Assembly: GCF_009914755.1 (NCBI RefSeq)
Contig: NC_060933.1
Direction: 5' to 3' (one strand)
DNA length: 64,000 bases
Source of the DNA: the human T2T-CHM13v2.0 reference genome, Homo sapiens
In this document: piece after piece, positions 15,100-30,979 of the stretch
Numbering within the stretch: position 1 is the stretch's first letter
Layout: each line of letters begins with the position of its first letter
The notes under the pieces: generated by a model
What the model was told of the DNA's origin: nothing
The model's database searches: none
Seen by the model: the letters and a program-made list of their open reading frames with translations, nothing else
Position numbers and translations under genes: made by a program

Positions 15100-16560
15100 T
15101 CCATTACATTCGGATTGCTTCTATTCAATTCCCTTACACTCCATTACATTCCATTCCATTCGGGTACTTTCCATTCCATTCCATTCCATTCCTCTCCATT
15201 CCATTGCACTCGGGTTGATTCCATTCCATTCATTTCCATTCCATTCCATTCCTTTCCATTCCATTCTACTCGGGTTGATTCCATTCCATTGCATTCCATT
15301 CCATTCCATTCCATTCCATTCCATTCCCTTCCATTCCATTCCATTATATTCGGATTGATTCTATTCAACTCCCTTACTCTCCATTACATTCCATTCCATT
15401 CGGGTTGTTCCATTCCATTCCATTCCATTCCACTCCATTCCAATCCATTCCATTCCATTCCACTCCGTTCCATTCCATTCCATTCCATTCCATTCCATTC
15501 CATTCCATTCCATTCTGGATGATTCCATTCCATTGCATTCCGTTCCATTTCATTCCCCTGCACTTGGGTTGATTGCATTCCATTCCATTCCATTCCATTT
15601 GAATCCATTCCATTCCCCTGCACTCGCGTTGATTCCATTCCATTCCATTCCATTCCATTCCATTCCATTCCATTCCATTCCATTCCTTTCCGTTCCATTC
15701 CATTCCATTCCATTCCGTTCCGTTCCATTCCGTTCCAATCCATTCTATTTGGGTTAATTCCATTCCATTCCATTCGATTGCAATCGAGTTGATTCCATTC
15801 CATTCCATTCCATTGCATTCCATTGCATTCCATTCCATTCCATTCCATTCCAATCCATTCCATTCCATTCCATTCGGATTGCTTCTATTCAATTCCCTTA
15901 CACTCCATTACATTCCATTCCATTCGGGTACTTTCCATTCCATTCCATTCCATTCCTCTCCATTCCATTGCACTCGGGTTGATTCCATTCCATTCATTTC
16001 CATTCCATTCCATTCCTTTCCATTCCATTCTACTCGGGTTGATTCCATTCCATTGCATTCCATTCCATTCCATTCCATTCCATTCCATTCCATTCCGTTC
16101 CATTACATTCCATTATATTCGGATTGATTCTATTCAACTCCCTTACTCTCCATTACATTCCATTCCATTCGGGTTGTTCCATTCCATTCCATTCCATTCC
16201 ACTCCATTCCATTCCATTCCATTCCATTCCATTCCGGATGATTCCATTCCATTGCATTCTGTTCCATTTCATTCCCCTGCACTTGGGTTGATTGCATTCC
16301 ATTCCATTCCATTCCATTTGAATCCATTCCATTCCCCTGCACTCGGGTTGATTCCATTCCATTCCATTCCATTCCATTGCATTCCATTCCTTTCCATTCC
16401 ATTCCATTCCATTCCATTCCGTTCCGTTCCATTCCGTTCCATTCCATTCTATTTGGGTTAATTCCATTCCATTCCATTCGATTGCAATCCAGTTGATTCC
16501 ATTCCATTGCATTCCATTCCATTCCATTCCATTCCATTCCTTTCCATTGCATTCCATTAC
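15100..16560 (+). repeat. ~720-765 bp tandem duplication
   Basis: CGGATTGCTTC occurs at 15111/15875. CGGGTACTTTCC, CACTTGGGTTGATTGC and CTATTTGGGTTA occur in both copies. Confidence 0.85.
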
Positions 16561-19500
16561 ATTCGTATTGATTCTATTCAACTCCCTTACTCTCCATTTC
16601 ATTCCATTCTATTCGGGTTGTTCCATTCCATTCCATTCCATTCCACTCCATTCCATTGCACTCGGGTTGATTCCATTCCATTTCATTCCATTCCATTCCA
16701 TTCCATTCCATTCTAATTCTTTCCATTCCATTCTATTCCGTACCATTCCATTCCATTCCATACAATTCCATTCCATTCCATTCCATTCCATTCCATTCCA
16801 TTCCGTTCCGTTCCGTGCCGTTCCATTCCATTCCATTCCATTCTATTCGGGTTAATTCCATTCCATTCCATTCCATTCCATTCTATTCCATTCCATTGCA
16901 ATCGAGTTGAATCCATTGCATTCCATTCCATTCCATTCCATTCCATTCCATTCCGGAAGATTCCATTCCATTGCATTCCATTCCATTCCATTCCCCTGCA
17001 CTCGCGTTGATTCCATTCCATTCCATTCCATTCCATTCCATTCCATTCCATTCCATACCATTCCATTCCGTTCCGTTCCGATCCGTTCCGTTCCGTTCCG
17101 TTCCACTCCATTCCATTCCATTCTATTCGGGTTAATTCCATTCCATTCCATTCGATTGCAATCGAGTTGATTCCATTCCATTCCATTCCATTCTATTCCA
17201 TTCCATTCCATTCCATTCCTTTCCTTTCCATTACGGATGATTCCATTCCATTGCATTACATTCCATTCCATTCCCCTGTACTCCGGTTGATTCCATTCCA
17301 TTCCATTCCATTCCATTCTATTCCATTCCATTCCATTCCATTCCGGAAGATTCCATTCCATTGCATTCCATTCCATTCCATTCCCCTGCACTCGCGTTAA
17401 TTCCATTCCATTCCATTCCTTTCCATTACATTCCATTCCGTTCCGTTCCATTCCATTCCATTCCATTCCATTCCATTCCGTTCCGTTACGTTCCATTCCA
17501 TTCCGTTCCATTCCATTTCATTACATTCAGATTGATTCTTTTCTGTTCCCTTACACTCGATTATATTCCAATCCATTCTGGTTGTTTCCATTCTATTCCA
17601 TTCAATTTCACTCCATTCCATTGCACTCGGGTTAATTCCATTCAATTCCATTCCATTCCATTCCATTCCATTCCATTCCTTTCCTTTCCATTCCATTGCG
17701 GATGATTCCATTCCATTGCAATCCATTCCATTCCATTCCGCTGTACTCGGGTTGTTTCCATTCCATTGCATTCCAATCCATGCCCTTCCACTCGTATTGA
17801 TTCCATTCTTTCCATTCCATTCAAGTTGAATCCATTCCATTGCATTGCATTCCATTCGATTCCATTCGATTGCAGTTGGGTTGATTCCATTGCATTCCAT
17901 TCCATTCCATTCCATTCCGTTCCATTCCATTCCGGATGATTCCATTCCATTGAATTCCATTCCATTCCATTCCCCTGCACTTGGGTTGATTCCATTCCAT
18001 TCCATTCCATTCCTTTCTGTTCCATTCCATTCCATTCCATTCCTTTCTATTCGTGTTAATTCCATTCCATTCTATTCCGTTCCATTCCATTGAAATCGAG
18101 TTGATTCCATTCCATTCCATTCCATTCCATTCCATTCCATTCCATTGTATTCGGGTTAATTCCATTCCATTCCATTCCATTCCATTCCATTCCATTCCAT
18201 TCCATTACAATTGAGTTGATTCCATTCCATTCCATTCCATTCCATTCCATTCCATTCCATTCAGTCCTTTCCATTCCATTCCACTCGGATTGATTCCATT
18301 CTATTAGTTTCCATTCCATTCCATTCCCTTCCATTCCACTCTGGTTGATTCCATTCCTTTCCATTCCACTCGAATACATTCCCTCCTATTCCACTCGGAA
18401 CGATTCCATTCCATTCCATTTCATTCCATTCCATTCCATTCCATTCCTTTCCATTCCATTACGGATGGTTCCATTACATTGCATTCCATTCCATTCCATT
18501 CCCCAGTACTCGGGTTGATTCCATTCCATTCCATTCCAGTCCATGCCATTCCACTCGTGTTGATTCCATTCTTTGCATTTCATTCAGGTTGAATCCATTC
18601 CATTGCATTCCATTCCATTCGATTCCATTCGATTGCACTCGGGTTGATTCCATTCCATTGCATTCCATTCCATTCCATTCCATTCCATTCCGTTCCATTC
18701 CATTCCATTACATTCGGATTGATTCTATTCAATTCCCTTACACTCCGTTACATTCCATTCCATTCGGGTAGTTTCCATTCCATTCCATTCCATTTCACTC
18801 CATTCCATTGCACTCGGGTTGATTCCATTCCATTCCATTCCATTGCATTCCGGATGATTGCATTATATTGCATTCCATTCCATTCAATTCCCCTGCACTC
18901 GGGTTGATTCCATTCCATTCCATTACATTACATTCCGTTCCATTCCATTCCATTCCATTCGGATTATTTCTATTCAATTCCCTTACACTCCATTACATTC
19001 CATTCCATTCGGGTAGTTTCCATTGCATTCCATTCCATTCCTCTCCATTCCATTGCACTCGGGTTGATTCCATTCCATTCCATTCCATTCCATTCCATTC
19101 CATTCCATTCCATTGTACTCGGGTTGATTCCATTCCATTCCATTCCATTCCATTCCGTTCCATTCCATTCCATTACATTCGGATTGATTCTATTCAACTC
19201 CCTTACTCTCCATTACATTCCATTCCATTCGGGTTGTTCCATTCCATTCCATTCCATTCTGGAAGATTCCATTCCATTGCATTCCATTCCATTCCATTCC
19301 CCTGCACTCGCGTTAATTCCATTCCATTCCATTCCATTCCATTCCATTCCGTTCCGTTCCATTCCATTCCATTCCATTCCATTCCATTCCGTTCCGTTAC
19401 GTTCCATTCCATTCCATTCCATTCTATTCGGGTTAATTCCATTCCATTCCATTCGATTGCAATCGAGTTGATTCCATTCCATTTCATTCCATTCGATTGC

Positions 19501-22500
19501 AATTGAGTTGATTCCATTCCATTCCATTCCCTTCCATTCCACTCCATTCCATTGCATCGGGGTGATTGCATTCCATTCCATTCCATTCCATTTCGGATGA
19601 TTGCATTCCATTGCATTCCATTCCATTCCATTCCCCTGCACTCGGGTTGATTACATTCCATTCCATTCCCTTCCATTCCTTTCCATTCCATTCCATTCCA
19701 TTCCATTCTATTCGGGTTAATTCCATTCCATTCCATTCCATTCCATTCCATTGCAATCGACTTGATTCCATTCCATTCCATTCCATTCCGTTCCGGATGA
19801 TTCCATTCCATTGCATTCCATTCCATTCCATTCCCCTGCAGTCGGGTTGATTCCATTCCATTCCATTCCATTCCATTCCATTCCATTCCATTCCATTGCG
19901 TTCCATTCCATTCCATTCCATTCTATTCGGGTTAATTCCATTCCATTCCATTCCATTCCATTCCATTCCATTCCATTCCAATTGAGTTGATTCCATTCCA
20001 TTCCATTCCATTTCATTCCACTCCATTCCAGTCCTTTCCATTCCATTCCACTCGGGTTGATTCCATTCTATTCCTTTCCATTCCATTCCGGATGTTTCCT
20101 TTCCATTGCATTCCATTCCTTTCCATTCCCCTGCTCTCGGGTTGACTCCATTCCATTCCACTCCATTCCGTTCCATTCCATTCCATTGCATTGTATTCGG
20201 GTTAATTCCATTCCATTCCATTCCATTCCTTTCCATTCCATTACAATCGAGTTGATTCCATTCCATTCCATTCCATTCCATTCCATTCCATTGTATTCCA
20301 TTCAGTCTTTTGCATTCCATTCCACTCGGGTTGATTCCATTCTATTAGTTTCCATTCCATTCCATTCCCTTCCATTCCACGCTGGTTGACTCCATTCCTT
20401 TCCATTCCACTCGAATATATTCCCTCCTATTCCACTCGGAACGATTCCATTCCATTCCATTCCATTCCATTCCATTCCATTCCATTCCATTGCATTTCGT
20501 TCCATTCCATTCTATTCCGTACGATTCAATTGCATTCCATTCCATTCCATTCCATTCCATTCCATTCCATTCCACTCGTGTTGATTCCATTCCTTTCCAT
20601 TCCATTCGTTTTGAAGTCATTCCATTCCATTCAATTCCTTTCCATTCCAATCCATTCCATTCCATTACAATCGAGTTGATTCCATTCCATTCCATTCCAT
20701 TCCATTCCATTCCATTCCATTCAGTCCTTTCCATTCCATTCCACTCGGGTTTATTCCACTCTATTAGTTTCCATTCCATTCCATTCCCTTACATTCCACT
20801 CTGGTTGATTCCATTCCTTTCCATTCCACTCGAATACATTGCCTCCTATTCCACTCGGAACGATTCCATTCCATTCCATTCCATTCCATTCCATTCAATT
20901 CCATTCAATTCCATTCCATTTCGTTCCATTCCATTCTATTCCGTACCATTCCATTCCATTCCATTCCATTCCATTCCATTCCCTTCCATTCCATTCCACT
21001 GGTGTTGATTCCATTCCTTTCCATTCCATTCGGTTTGAAGTCATTCCATTCCATTCAGTTCGTTTACATTCCATTCCATTCCATTCCATTCCATTCCATT
21101 CCATTCCATTGTACTCTGGTTGATTCCATACCATTGCATTCCATTCCATTCCATTCCATTCCGTTCCATTCCATTCCATTACATTCGGATTGATTCTATT
21201 CAACTCCCTTACTCTCCATTACATTCCATTCCATTCGGGTTGTTCCATTCCATTCCATTCCATTCCACTCCATTCCATTGCACTCGGGTTGATTCCATTC
21301 CATTCCATTCCATTCCATTCCATTCCATTCCATTTCGGATGATTCCATTCCATTGCATTCCATTCCATTTCATTCCCCGGCACTCGCGTTGATTCTATTC
21401 CATTGCAGTCCATTCCATTCGATTCCATTCCATTCCAATTCTTTCCATTCCTTTCTATTCCGTACCATTCCATTCCATTCCATTCCATACCATTCCATTC
21501 CATTCCATTCCATTCCATTCCATTCCATTCCATTCCGTTACGTTCCATTCCATTCCATTCCATTCTATTCGGGTTAATTCCCTTCCATTCTATTCCATTC
21601 CATTGCATTCCATTCCATTGCAATCGAGTTGATTGCATTCCATTCAATTCCATTCAATTCCATTCCATTCCATTTCGTTCCAATCCATTCCATTCTGTAC
21701 CATTCCATTCCATTCCTTTCCATTCCATTCAATGCCATTCCACTCGGGTTGATTCCATTCCTTTCCATTACATTGGTGTTGAATCCATTCCATTCCTTTC
21801 CATTCCTTTCGATTCCATTCCATTACACTCGGGTTGATTCCATTCCATTCCATTCCATTCCATTCCATTCCTTTCCATTCCATTCCATTGCATTCGGATT
21901 GATTCCATTCAATTCCCTTACACTCCATTATATTCCATTCCATTCGGGTTGTTTACATTCCATTCCATTCCATTCCACTCCATTCCATTGCACTCGGGTT
22001 GATTCCATTCCATTCCATTCCATTCCATTCCATTCCATTCCATTGCGGATGATTCCATTCCATTGCATTCCGTTCCCTTACATTCCACTGCACTCGGGTT
22101 GATTCCATTCCATTCCATTCGATTCCATTCCATTCCAATTCGTTCCATTCCATTCTATTCCGCACCATTCCATTCCATTCCATACCATTCCATTCCATTC
22201 CATTCCATTCGATTCCATTCCATTCCAATTCGTTCCATTCCATTCTATTCCGCACCATTCCATTCCATTCCATATCATTCCATTCCATTCCATTCCATTC
22301 CATTCCATTCCGTTCCGTTGCGTTCCATTCCATTCCATTCCATTCTATTCGGGTTAATTCCATTCCATTCCATTCCATTCCATTCCATTCTATTCCATTC
22401 CATTGCAATCGAGTTGAATCCATTCCATTCCTTTCCATTCCTTTCGATTCCATTCCATTACACTCGGGTTGATTCCATTCCATTCCATTCCATTCCATTC

Positions 22501-24779
22501 CATTCCATTCCATTCTTTCCATTCCATTCCATTCCATTCGGATTGATTCCATTCAATTCCCTTACACTCCATTATATTCCATTCCATTCGGGTTGTTTCC
22601 ATTCCATTCCATTCCATTCCACTCCATTCCATTGCAATCGGGATGATTCCATTCCATTCCATTCCATTCCATTCCATTCCGCATGATTCCATTCCATTGC
22701 ATTCCGTTCCATTACATTCCCCTGCACTCGGGTTGATTCCATTCCTTTCCATTCGATTCCATTCCATTCCAATTCTTTCCATTCCATTCTATTCCGTACC
22801 ATTCCATTCCATTCCATACCATTCCATTCCATTCCATTGCATTCCATTCCATTCCGTTCCGTTCCATTCCGTTCCGTTCCATTCCATTCCATTCCATTCT
22901 ATTCCGGTTGATTCCATACCATTCCATTCCATTCCATTCTATTCCATTCCATTGCAATCGAGTTGAATCCATTGCATTCCATTCCATCCCATTCCACTGC
23001 ACTCGCATTGATTCCATTCCAGTCCATTCCATTCCAATCCATTCCTTTCCATTCCATTCCGTTCCGTTCCATTCCATTCCATTCCATTCCGTTCCGTTCC
23101 ATTCCATTCCATTCCGTTCTATTCGGGTAATTCCTTTCCATTCCATTCGATTGCAATCTAGTTGCTTCCATTCCATTCCATTCCACTCTATTCCATTCCA
23201 TTCCATTCCATTCCTTTCCATTCCATTACGGATGATTCCATTCCATTGCATTCCATTCCATTCCATTCCATTCCCCTGTAATCGGGTTGATTCCATTCCA
23301 TTCCATTCCAATCCATGCCATTCCACTCGTGTTGATTCCATTCTTTCCATTGCATTCAAGTTGAGTCCATTCCATTGCATTCCATTCCATTCGATTCCAT
23401 TCTATTGCACTCGGGTTGATTCCATTCCATTGCATTCCATTGCATTCCATTCCATTCCGTTCCATTCCATTTCATTCCATTCCGTTCCATTCCATTCCAT
23501 TACATTCGGATTGATTCTATTCAATTCCGATACACTCCATTACATTCCATTCCATTCGGGTAGTTTCCATTCCATTCCATTCTATTCCTCTCCATTCCAT
23601 TGCACTCGGATTGATTCCATTCCATTCCATTCCATTCCATTCCATTCCATTCCATTCCATTCCATTTCATTCCATTCCGTTCCATTCCATTCCATTTCAT
23701 TCGGATTGATTCTATTCAATTCCTTACACTCCATTACATTCCATTCCATTCGGGTAGTTTCCATTCCATTCCATTCCATTCCTCTCCATTCCATTGCACT
23801 CGGGTTGATTCCATTCCATTCCATTCCATTCCATTCTATTCCATTCCATTCCGTTCCGGATGATTCCATTCCACTGAATTCCATTCCATTCCATTCGATT
23901 CCATTCTATTTCATTCAATTGCTATCGAGTTGAATCCGTTACATTCCGTTCCATTCCATTCCATTCCATTCCATTCCATTCTATTCGTGTTAATTCCATT
24001 CCGTTCTATTCCATTCCATTCCATTGGAATCGAGTTGATTCCATTCCATTCCATTCCATTCCATTCCATTCCATTCCATTCCATTGGAATCGACTTGATT
24101 CCATTCCATTCCATTCGATTCCATTCGATTCCATTCCATTCCATTCCATTCCGGATGATTCCATTCCATTGCATTCCATTCCATTCCATTGCATTCCATT
24201 CCGGATGATTCCATTCCATTGCATTCCATTCCATTCCATTCCCCTGCACTCGTGTTGATTCCATTCCATTCCATTCCATTACCTTCCTTTCCATTCCATT
24301 CCATTCCATTCTATTCGGGTTAATTCCATTCCATTCCATTCCATTCCATTCCATTCCATTCCATTCCATTCCCGATGATTCCATTCCATTGCATTCCATT
24401 CCATTCCATTCCCCTGTACTCGGGTTGATTCCATTCCATTCCATTCCATTCCAATCCATTCCATTCCATTGCAATCGTGTTGAATCCATTCCATTCCAAT
24501 CCATTCCATTCCATTCCATTCCATTGCGGAAGATTCCATTCCATTGCATTCCATTCCATTCCATTCCCCTGCACTCGCGTTGATTCCATTCCATACCATT
24601 CCATTCCATTTCATTCCGTTCCTTTCCGTTCCATTCCATTCCATTCCATTCTATTCCATTCCGTTCCGTTCCATTCCATTCCATTCCATTCCATTCTATT
24701 CGGGTTAATTCCATTCCATTCCATTCTATTGCAATCGAGTTGATTCCATTCCATTCCATTTCATTCTATTCCATTCCAT

Positions 24780-26300
24780 TCCATTCCATTCCATTCCTTT
24801 CCATTCCTTTACAGATGATTCCATTCCATTGCATTCCATTCCATTCCATTCCCCTGTACTCGGGTTGATTCCATTCCATTCCATTCCAATCTATTCGGGT
24901 TAATTCCCTTCCATTCTATTCCATTCCATTCCATTCCATTCCATTGCAATCGAGTTGATTCCATTCCATTCCATTCCATTCCATTCCAGTCAAATTCGTT
25001 CCAATCCATTCCGTTCTGTACCATTCCATTCCATTCCTTTCCATTCCATTCCATGCCATTCCACTCGGGTTGATTCCATTCCTTTCCATTACATTGGTGT
25101 TGAAACCATTCCATTCCTTTCCATTCCTTTCGATTCCATTCCATTGCACTCGGGTTGATTCCATTCCATTCCATTCCATTCAATTCCATTCCTTTCCATT
25201 CCATTCCATTGCATTCGGATTGATTCCATTCAATTCCCTTACACTCCATTATATTCCATTCCATTCGGGTTGTTTACATTCCATTCCATTCCATTCCACT
25301 CCATTCCATTGCAATCGGGTTGATTCCATTCCATTCCATTCCATTCCATTCCATTCCATTCCATTGCGGATGATTCCATTCCATTGCATTCCATTCCATT
25401 ACATTCCACTGCACTCGGGTTGATTCCATTCCATTCCATTCCATTCCATTCGATTCCATTCCATTCCAATTCGTTCCATTCCATTCTATTCCGCACCATT
25501 CCATTCCATTCCATTCCATTCCATTCCATTCCAGAAGATTCCATTCCATTGCATTTCATTCCATTCCATTCCCCTGCACTCGCGTTGATTCCATTCCATT
25601 CCATTCCATTCCATTTCATTCCGTTCCGTTCCGTTCCATTCCATTCCATTCCATTCCATTCTATTCCATTCCGTTCCGTTCCATTCCATTCCATTCCATT
25701 CTATTCGGGTTAATTGCATTCCATTCCATTCTATTGCAATCGTGTTGATTCCATTCCATTCCATCCCATTCTATTCCATTCCATTCCATTCCATTCCATT
25801 CCTTTCCATTCCTTTACGGATGATTCCATTCCATTTCATTCCATTCCATTCCATTCCCCTGTACTCGGGTTGATTCCATTCCATTCCATTCCAATTTATT
25901 CGGGTTAATTCCCTTCCATTCTATTCCATTCCATTCCATTCCATTCCATTGCAATCGAGTTGATTCCATTCCATTCCATTCCATTCCATTCCATTTCGTT
26001 CCAATCCATTCCGTTCTGTACCATTCCATTCCATTCCTTTCCATTCCATTCCATGCCATTCCACTCAGGTTGATTCCATTCCTTTCCATTTCTTTGGTGT
26101 TGAATCCATTCCATTGCTTTCCTTTCCTTTTGATTCCATTCCATTACACTCTGGTTGACTCCATTCCATTCCCTTCCATTCAATTCCATTCCTTTCCATT
26201 CCATTCCATTGCATTCGGATTGATTCCATTCAATTCCCTTACACTCCATTATATTCCATTCCATTCGTGTTGTTTACATTCCATTCCATTCCATTCCATT
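24780..26300 (+). repeat. ~1.0 kb-period duplication (second copy partial), paralogous to ~21560-22100
   Basis: CGGGTTAATTCCCTTCC occurs at 24896/25901 and ~21570, and TTGGTGTTGAA at ~21773, ~25094 and ~26094. GTTTACATTCC occurs in all three. Confidence 0.75.
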
Positions 26301-27899
26301 CTATTCGGGTTAATGCCATTCCATTCCATTCCATTCCATTCCATTCCATTCCATTGCAATCGAGTTGAATCCATTCCATTCCATTCCATTCCATTCCATT
26401 CCATTCCGGAAGATTCCATTCCATTGCATTCCATTCCATTCCATTCCCCTGCACTCGCGTTGATTCCATTCCATTCCATTCCATTCCATTCCATTCCATT
26501 CCATTCCTTTCCATTCCTTTATGGATGATTCCATTCCATTGCATTCCATCCCATTCCATTCCCCTGTACTCGGGTTGATTGCATTCCATTCCATTCCAAT
26601 CTATTCGGGTTAATTCCATTCCATTCCATTCGATTACAATCGAGTTGATTCCATTCCATTCCATTCCATTCCATTCCTTTCCATTCCATTACGGATGATT
26701 CCATTCCATTGCATTCCATTCCATTCCAATCCCCTGTACTCGGGTTGATTCCATTCCATTCCATTCCAATCCATGCCATTCCACTCGTGTTGATTCCATT
26801 CTTTCCATTCCATTCAAGTTGAATCCATTCCATTGCATTCCATTCCATTCCATTCCCCTGCAGTCAGGTTGATTCCATTCCATTCCACTCCATTCCATTC
26901 CATTCCATTCCATTCCATTCCGTTCCGTTCCATTCCATTCCATTCCATTCTATTCGGGTTAATTCCATTCCATTCCATTCCATTCCATTCCATTCGATTC
27001 CAATCGAGTTGATTCCATTCCATTCCTTTCCATTCCATTCCGGATGATTCCATTCCATTGCATTCCATTCCATTCCATTCCCATGCCCTCGGGTTGATTC
27101 CATTCCATTCCACTCCATTCCGTTGCATTCCATTCCATTCCATTGTATTCGGCTTAATTCCTTCCATTCCATTCCTTTCCATTCCATTCCATTACAATCG
27201 AGTTGATTCCATTCTATTAGTTTCCATTCCATTCCATTCCCTTCCATTCCAGTCTGGTTGATTCCATTCCTTTCCATTCCACTCGAATACATTCCCTCCT
27301 ATTCCACTCGGAACGATTCCATTCCATTCCATTCCATTCCATTCCATTCCATTCCATTCCATTCCATTACAATCGATTTGATTCCATTCCATTCCATTCC
27401 ATTCCATTCCATTCCAGTCCTTTCCATTCCATTCCACTCGTGTTGATTCCATTCCATTCCATTCCATTCCATTCCATTCCGTTCCGTTCCATTCCATTCC
27501 ATTCCATTCCATTCCATTCCATTCCGTTCCGTTCCATTCCATTCCATTCCATTCTATTCGGGTTAATTCCATTCCATTCCATTCTATTGCAATCGAGTTG
27601 ATTCCATTCCATTCAATTCCATTCTATTCCATTCCATTCCTTTCCATTCCATTCCTTTCCATTCCTTTATGGATGATTCCATTGCATTGCATTCCATTCC
27701 ATTCCATTCCCCTGTACTCGGGTTGATTCCATTCCATTCCATTCCAATCTATTCGGGTTAATTCCATTCCATTCCATTCCCTTCCATTCCATTCCATTCC
27801 ATTCCATTCCATTCCATTCCTTTCCGTTCCATTCCATTCCATTCCATTCCATTCCAATCCATTCCCTTCCGTTCCGTTCCATTCCATTCCATTCCATTC

Positions 27900-29660
27900 C
27901 ATTCTATTCGGGTTAATTCCATTCCATTCCATTCCATTCGCTTGCAATCGAGTTGATTCCATTCCATTCCATTCCATTCCATTCCATTCCATTCCTTTCC
28001 ATTCCATTACGGATGATTCCATTCCATTGTATTCCATTCAATTCCATTCCACTGTACTCGGGTTGATTCCATTCCATTCCATTCCAATCCATGCCATTCC
28101 ACTCGTGATGATTCCATTCTTTCTATTCCATTCAAGTTGAATCCATTCCATTGCATTCCATTCCATTCCATTCCCCTGCAGTCGGGTTGATTCCATTCCA
28201 TTCCATTCCATTCCATTCCTTTCCATTCCATTCCGTTCCGTTCCATTCCATTCCACTCCATTCTATTCGGGTTAATTCCATTCCATTCCATTCCATTCCA
28301 TTCCATTCCATTCCATTCCAATCGAGTTGATTTCATTCCATTCCATTCCATTGATTCCACTCCATTCCAGTCCTTTCCATTCCATTCCACTCGGGTTGAT
28401 TCCAATGTATTCCTTTCCATTCCATTCCATTCCATTGCAATCGAGTTGATTCCATTGCTTTGCATTCCATTCCATTCCATTCCGTTCCGAATGATTCCAT
28501 TCCATTGCATTCCATTCCATTCTAATCCCCTGCTCTCGGGTTGCTTCCATTCCATTCCACTCCATTCCGTTCCATTCCATTCCATTCCATTGTATTCGGG
28601 TTAATTCCATTCCATTCCATTCCATTCCATTCCATTCCATTCCATTCCATTCCATTCCCCTGCACTCGCGTTGATTCCATTCCATTCCATTCCATTCCAT
28701 TCCATTCCATTCTATTCCATTCCTTTCCGTTCCATTCCATTCCATTCCATTCCATTCCAATCCATTCCATTCCGTTCCGTTCCATTCCATTCCATTCTAT
28801 TCGGGTTAATTCCATACCATTCCATTCGATTGCAATCGAGTTGATTCCATTCCATTCCATTCCATTCCATTCCATTCCTTTCCATTCCATTACGGATGAT
28901 TCCATTCCATTGCATTCCATTCCATTCCATTCCGCTGTACTCGGGTTGACTCCATTCCATTCGATTCCAATCCATGCCATTCCACTCGTGTGGATTCCAT
29001 TCTTACCATTCCATTCAAGTTGAATCCATTCCATTGCATTCCATTCCATTCCATTCCCCTGCAGTCAGGTTGATTCCATTCCATTCCATTCCATTCCATT
29101 CCATTCCATTCCATTCCATTCCATTCCATTCCGTTCCATTCCATTCCACTCCATTCTATTCGGGTTAATTCCATTCCATTCCATTCCATTCCATTCCAAT
29201 CGAGTTGATTTCATTCCATTCCATTCCATTCCATTCCACTGCATTCCAGTCCTTTCCACTCCATTCCACTCGGTTTGATTCCAATGTATTCCTTTCCATT
29301 CCATTCCATTCCATTGCAATCGAGTTGATTCCATTGCTTTGCATTCCATTCCATTCCATTCCATTCCGGATGATTCCATTCCATTGCATTCCATTCCATT
29401 CCATTCCCCTGCACTCGCGTTGATTCCATTCCATTCCATTCCATTCCATTCCATTCCGTTCCGTTCCGTTCCGTTCCGATCCATTCCATTCCATTCCATT
29501 CCATTCCATTCCGTTCCGCTCCATTCCATTCCATTCCATTCTATTCGGGTTAATTCCATTCCATTCCATTCGATTGCAATCGAGTTGATTCCATTCCATT
29601 CCATTCCATTCCATTCCATTCCATTCCTTTCCATTCCATTACGGATGATTCCATTCCATT
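27900..29660 (+). repeat. ~880 bp diverged tandem duplication
   Basis: CAATGTATTCC occurs at 28403/29282. GAGTTGATTTCATTCC and CCACTCCATTCTATTCGGG occur in both copies. Confidence 0.7.
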
Positions 29661-30979
29661 GCATTCCATTCCATTCCATTGCATTCCATTCCATTCCATT
29701 CCCCTGTACTCGGGTTGATTCCATTCCATTCCATTCCAATCCGTGCCATTCCACTCGTGTTGATTCCATTCTTTCCATTCCATTCAAGTTGAATCCATTC
29801 CATTGCATTCCATTCCATTCGATTCCATTCGATTGCAGTCGGGTTGATTCCATTCCATTGCATTCCATTCCATTCCATTCCATTCCGTTCCATTCCATTC
29901 CATTACATTCGGATTGATTCTATTCAACTCCCTTACTCTCCATTACATTCCATTCCATTCGGGTTGTTCCATTCCATTCCATTCCATTCCACTCCATTCC
30001 ATTGCACTCGGGTTGATTCCATTCCATTCCATTCTATTCCATTCCATTCCCTTCCTTTCCGTTCCGTTCCATTCCATTCCATTCCATTCCATTCCATTCC
30101 GTTCCGTTCCATTCCATTCCATTCCATTCTATTCGGGTTGATTCCATTCCATTCCATTCGATTGCATTCGAGTTGATTCCATTCCATTCCATTCCATTCC
30201 ATTCCATTCCATTCCTTTCCATTCCATTACGGATGATTCCATTCCATTGCATTCCATTCCATTCCATGCCCCTGTACTCGGGTTGATTCCATTCCATTCC
30301 ATTCCAATCCATGCCATTCCACTCGTGTTGATTCCATTCTTTCCATTCCATTCAAGTTGAATCCATTCCATTGCATTCCATTCCATTCGATTCCATTCGA
30401 TTGCACTCGGGTTGATTCCATTCCATTATATTCCCTTCCATTCCATTCCATTCTATTCCGTTCCATTCCATTTCATTACATTCAGATTGATTCTATTCAA
30501 TTCCCTTACACTCCATTATATTCCAATCCATTCTTGTTGTCTCCATTCCATTCCATTCCATTTCCCTCCATTCCATTGCACTCGGGTTGATTCCATTCCA
30601 TTCCATTCCATTGCATTCCATTCCATTCCATTCCGGATGATTCCATTCCATTGCTCTCCATTCCATTCCATTCCTCTGCACTCGGGTTGATTCCATTCCA
30701 TTCCATTCCATTACATTCCGTTCCGTTCCATTCCATTCATTTCGGATTGATTCTATTCAATTCCCTTACACTCCATTACATTCCATTCCATTTGGGTAGT
30801 TTCCATTCCATTCCATTCCTTTCCTCTCCATTCCATTGCACTCGGGTTGATTCCATTCCATTCCATTCCATTCCATTACATTACATTACATTCCATTCCA
30901 TTCCGTTCCATTGTATTCGGGTTGATTGCATTCCATTGCATTCCATTCCATTGCATTCCATTCCATTCCATTCCATTCC

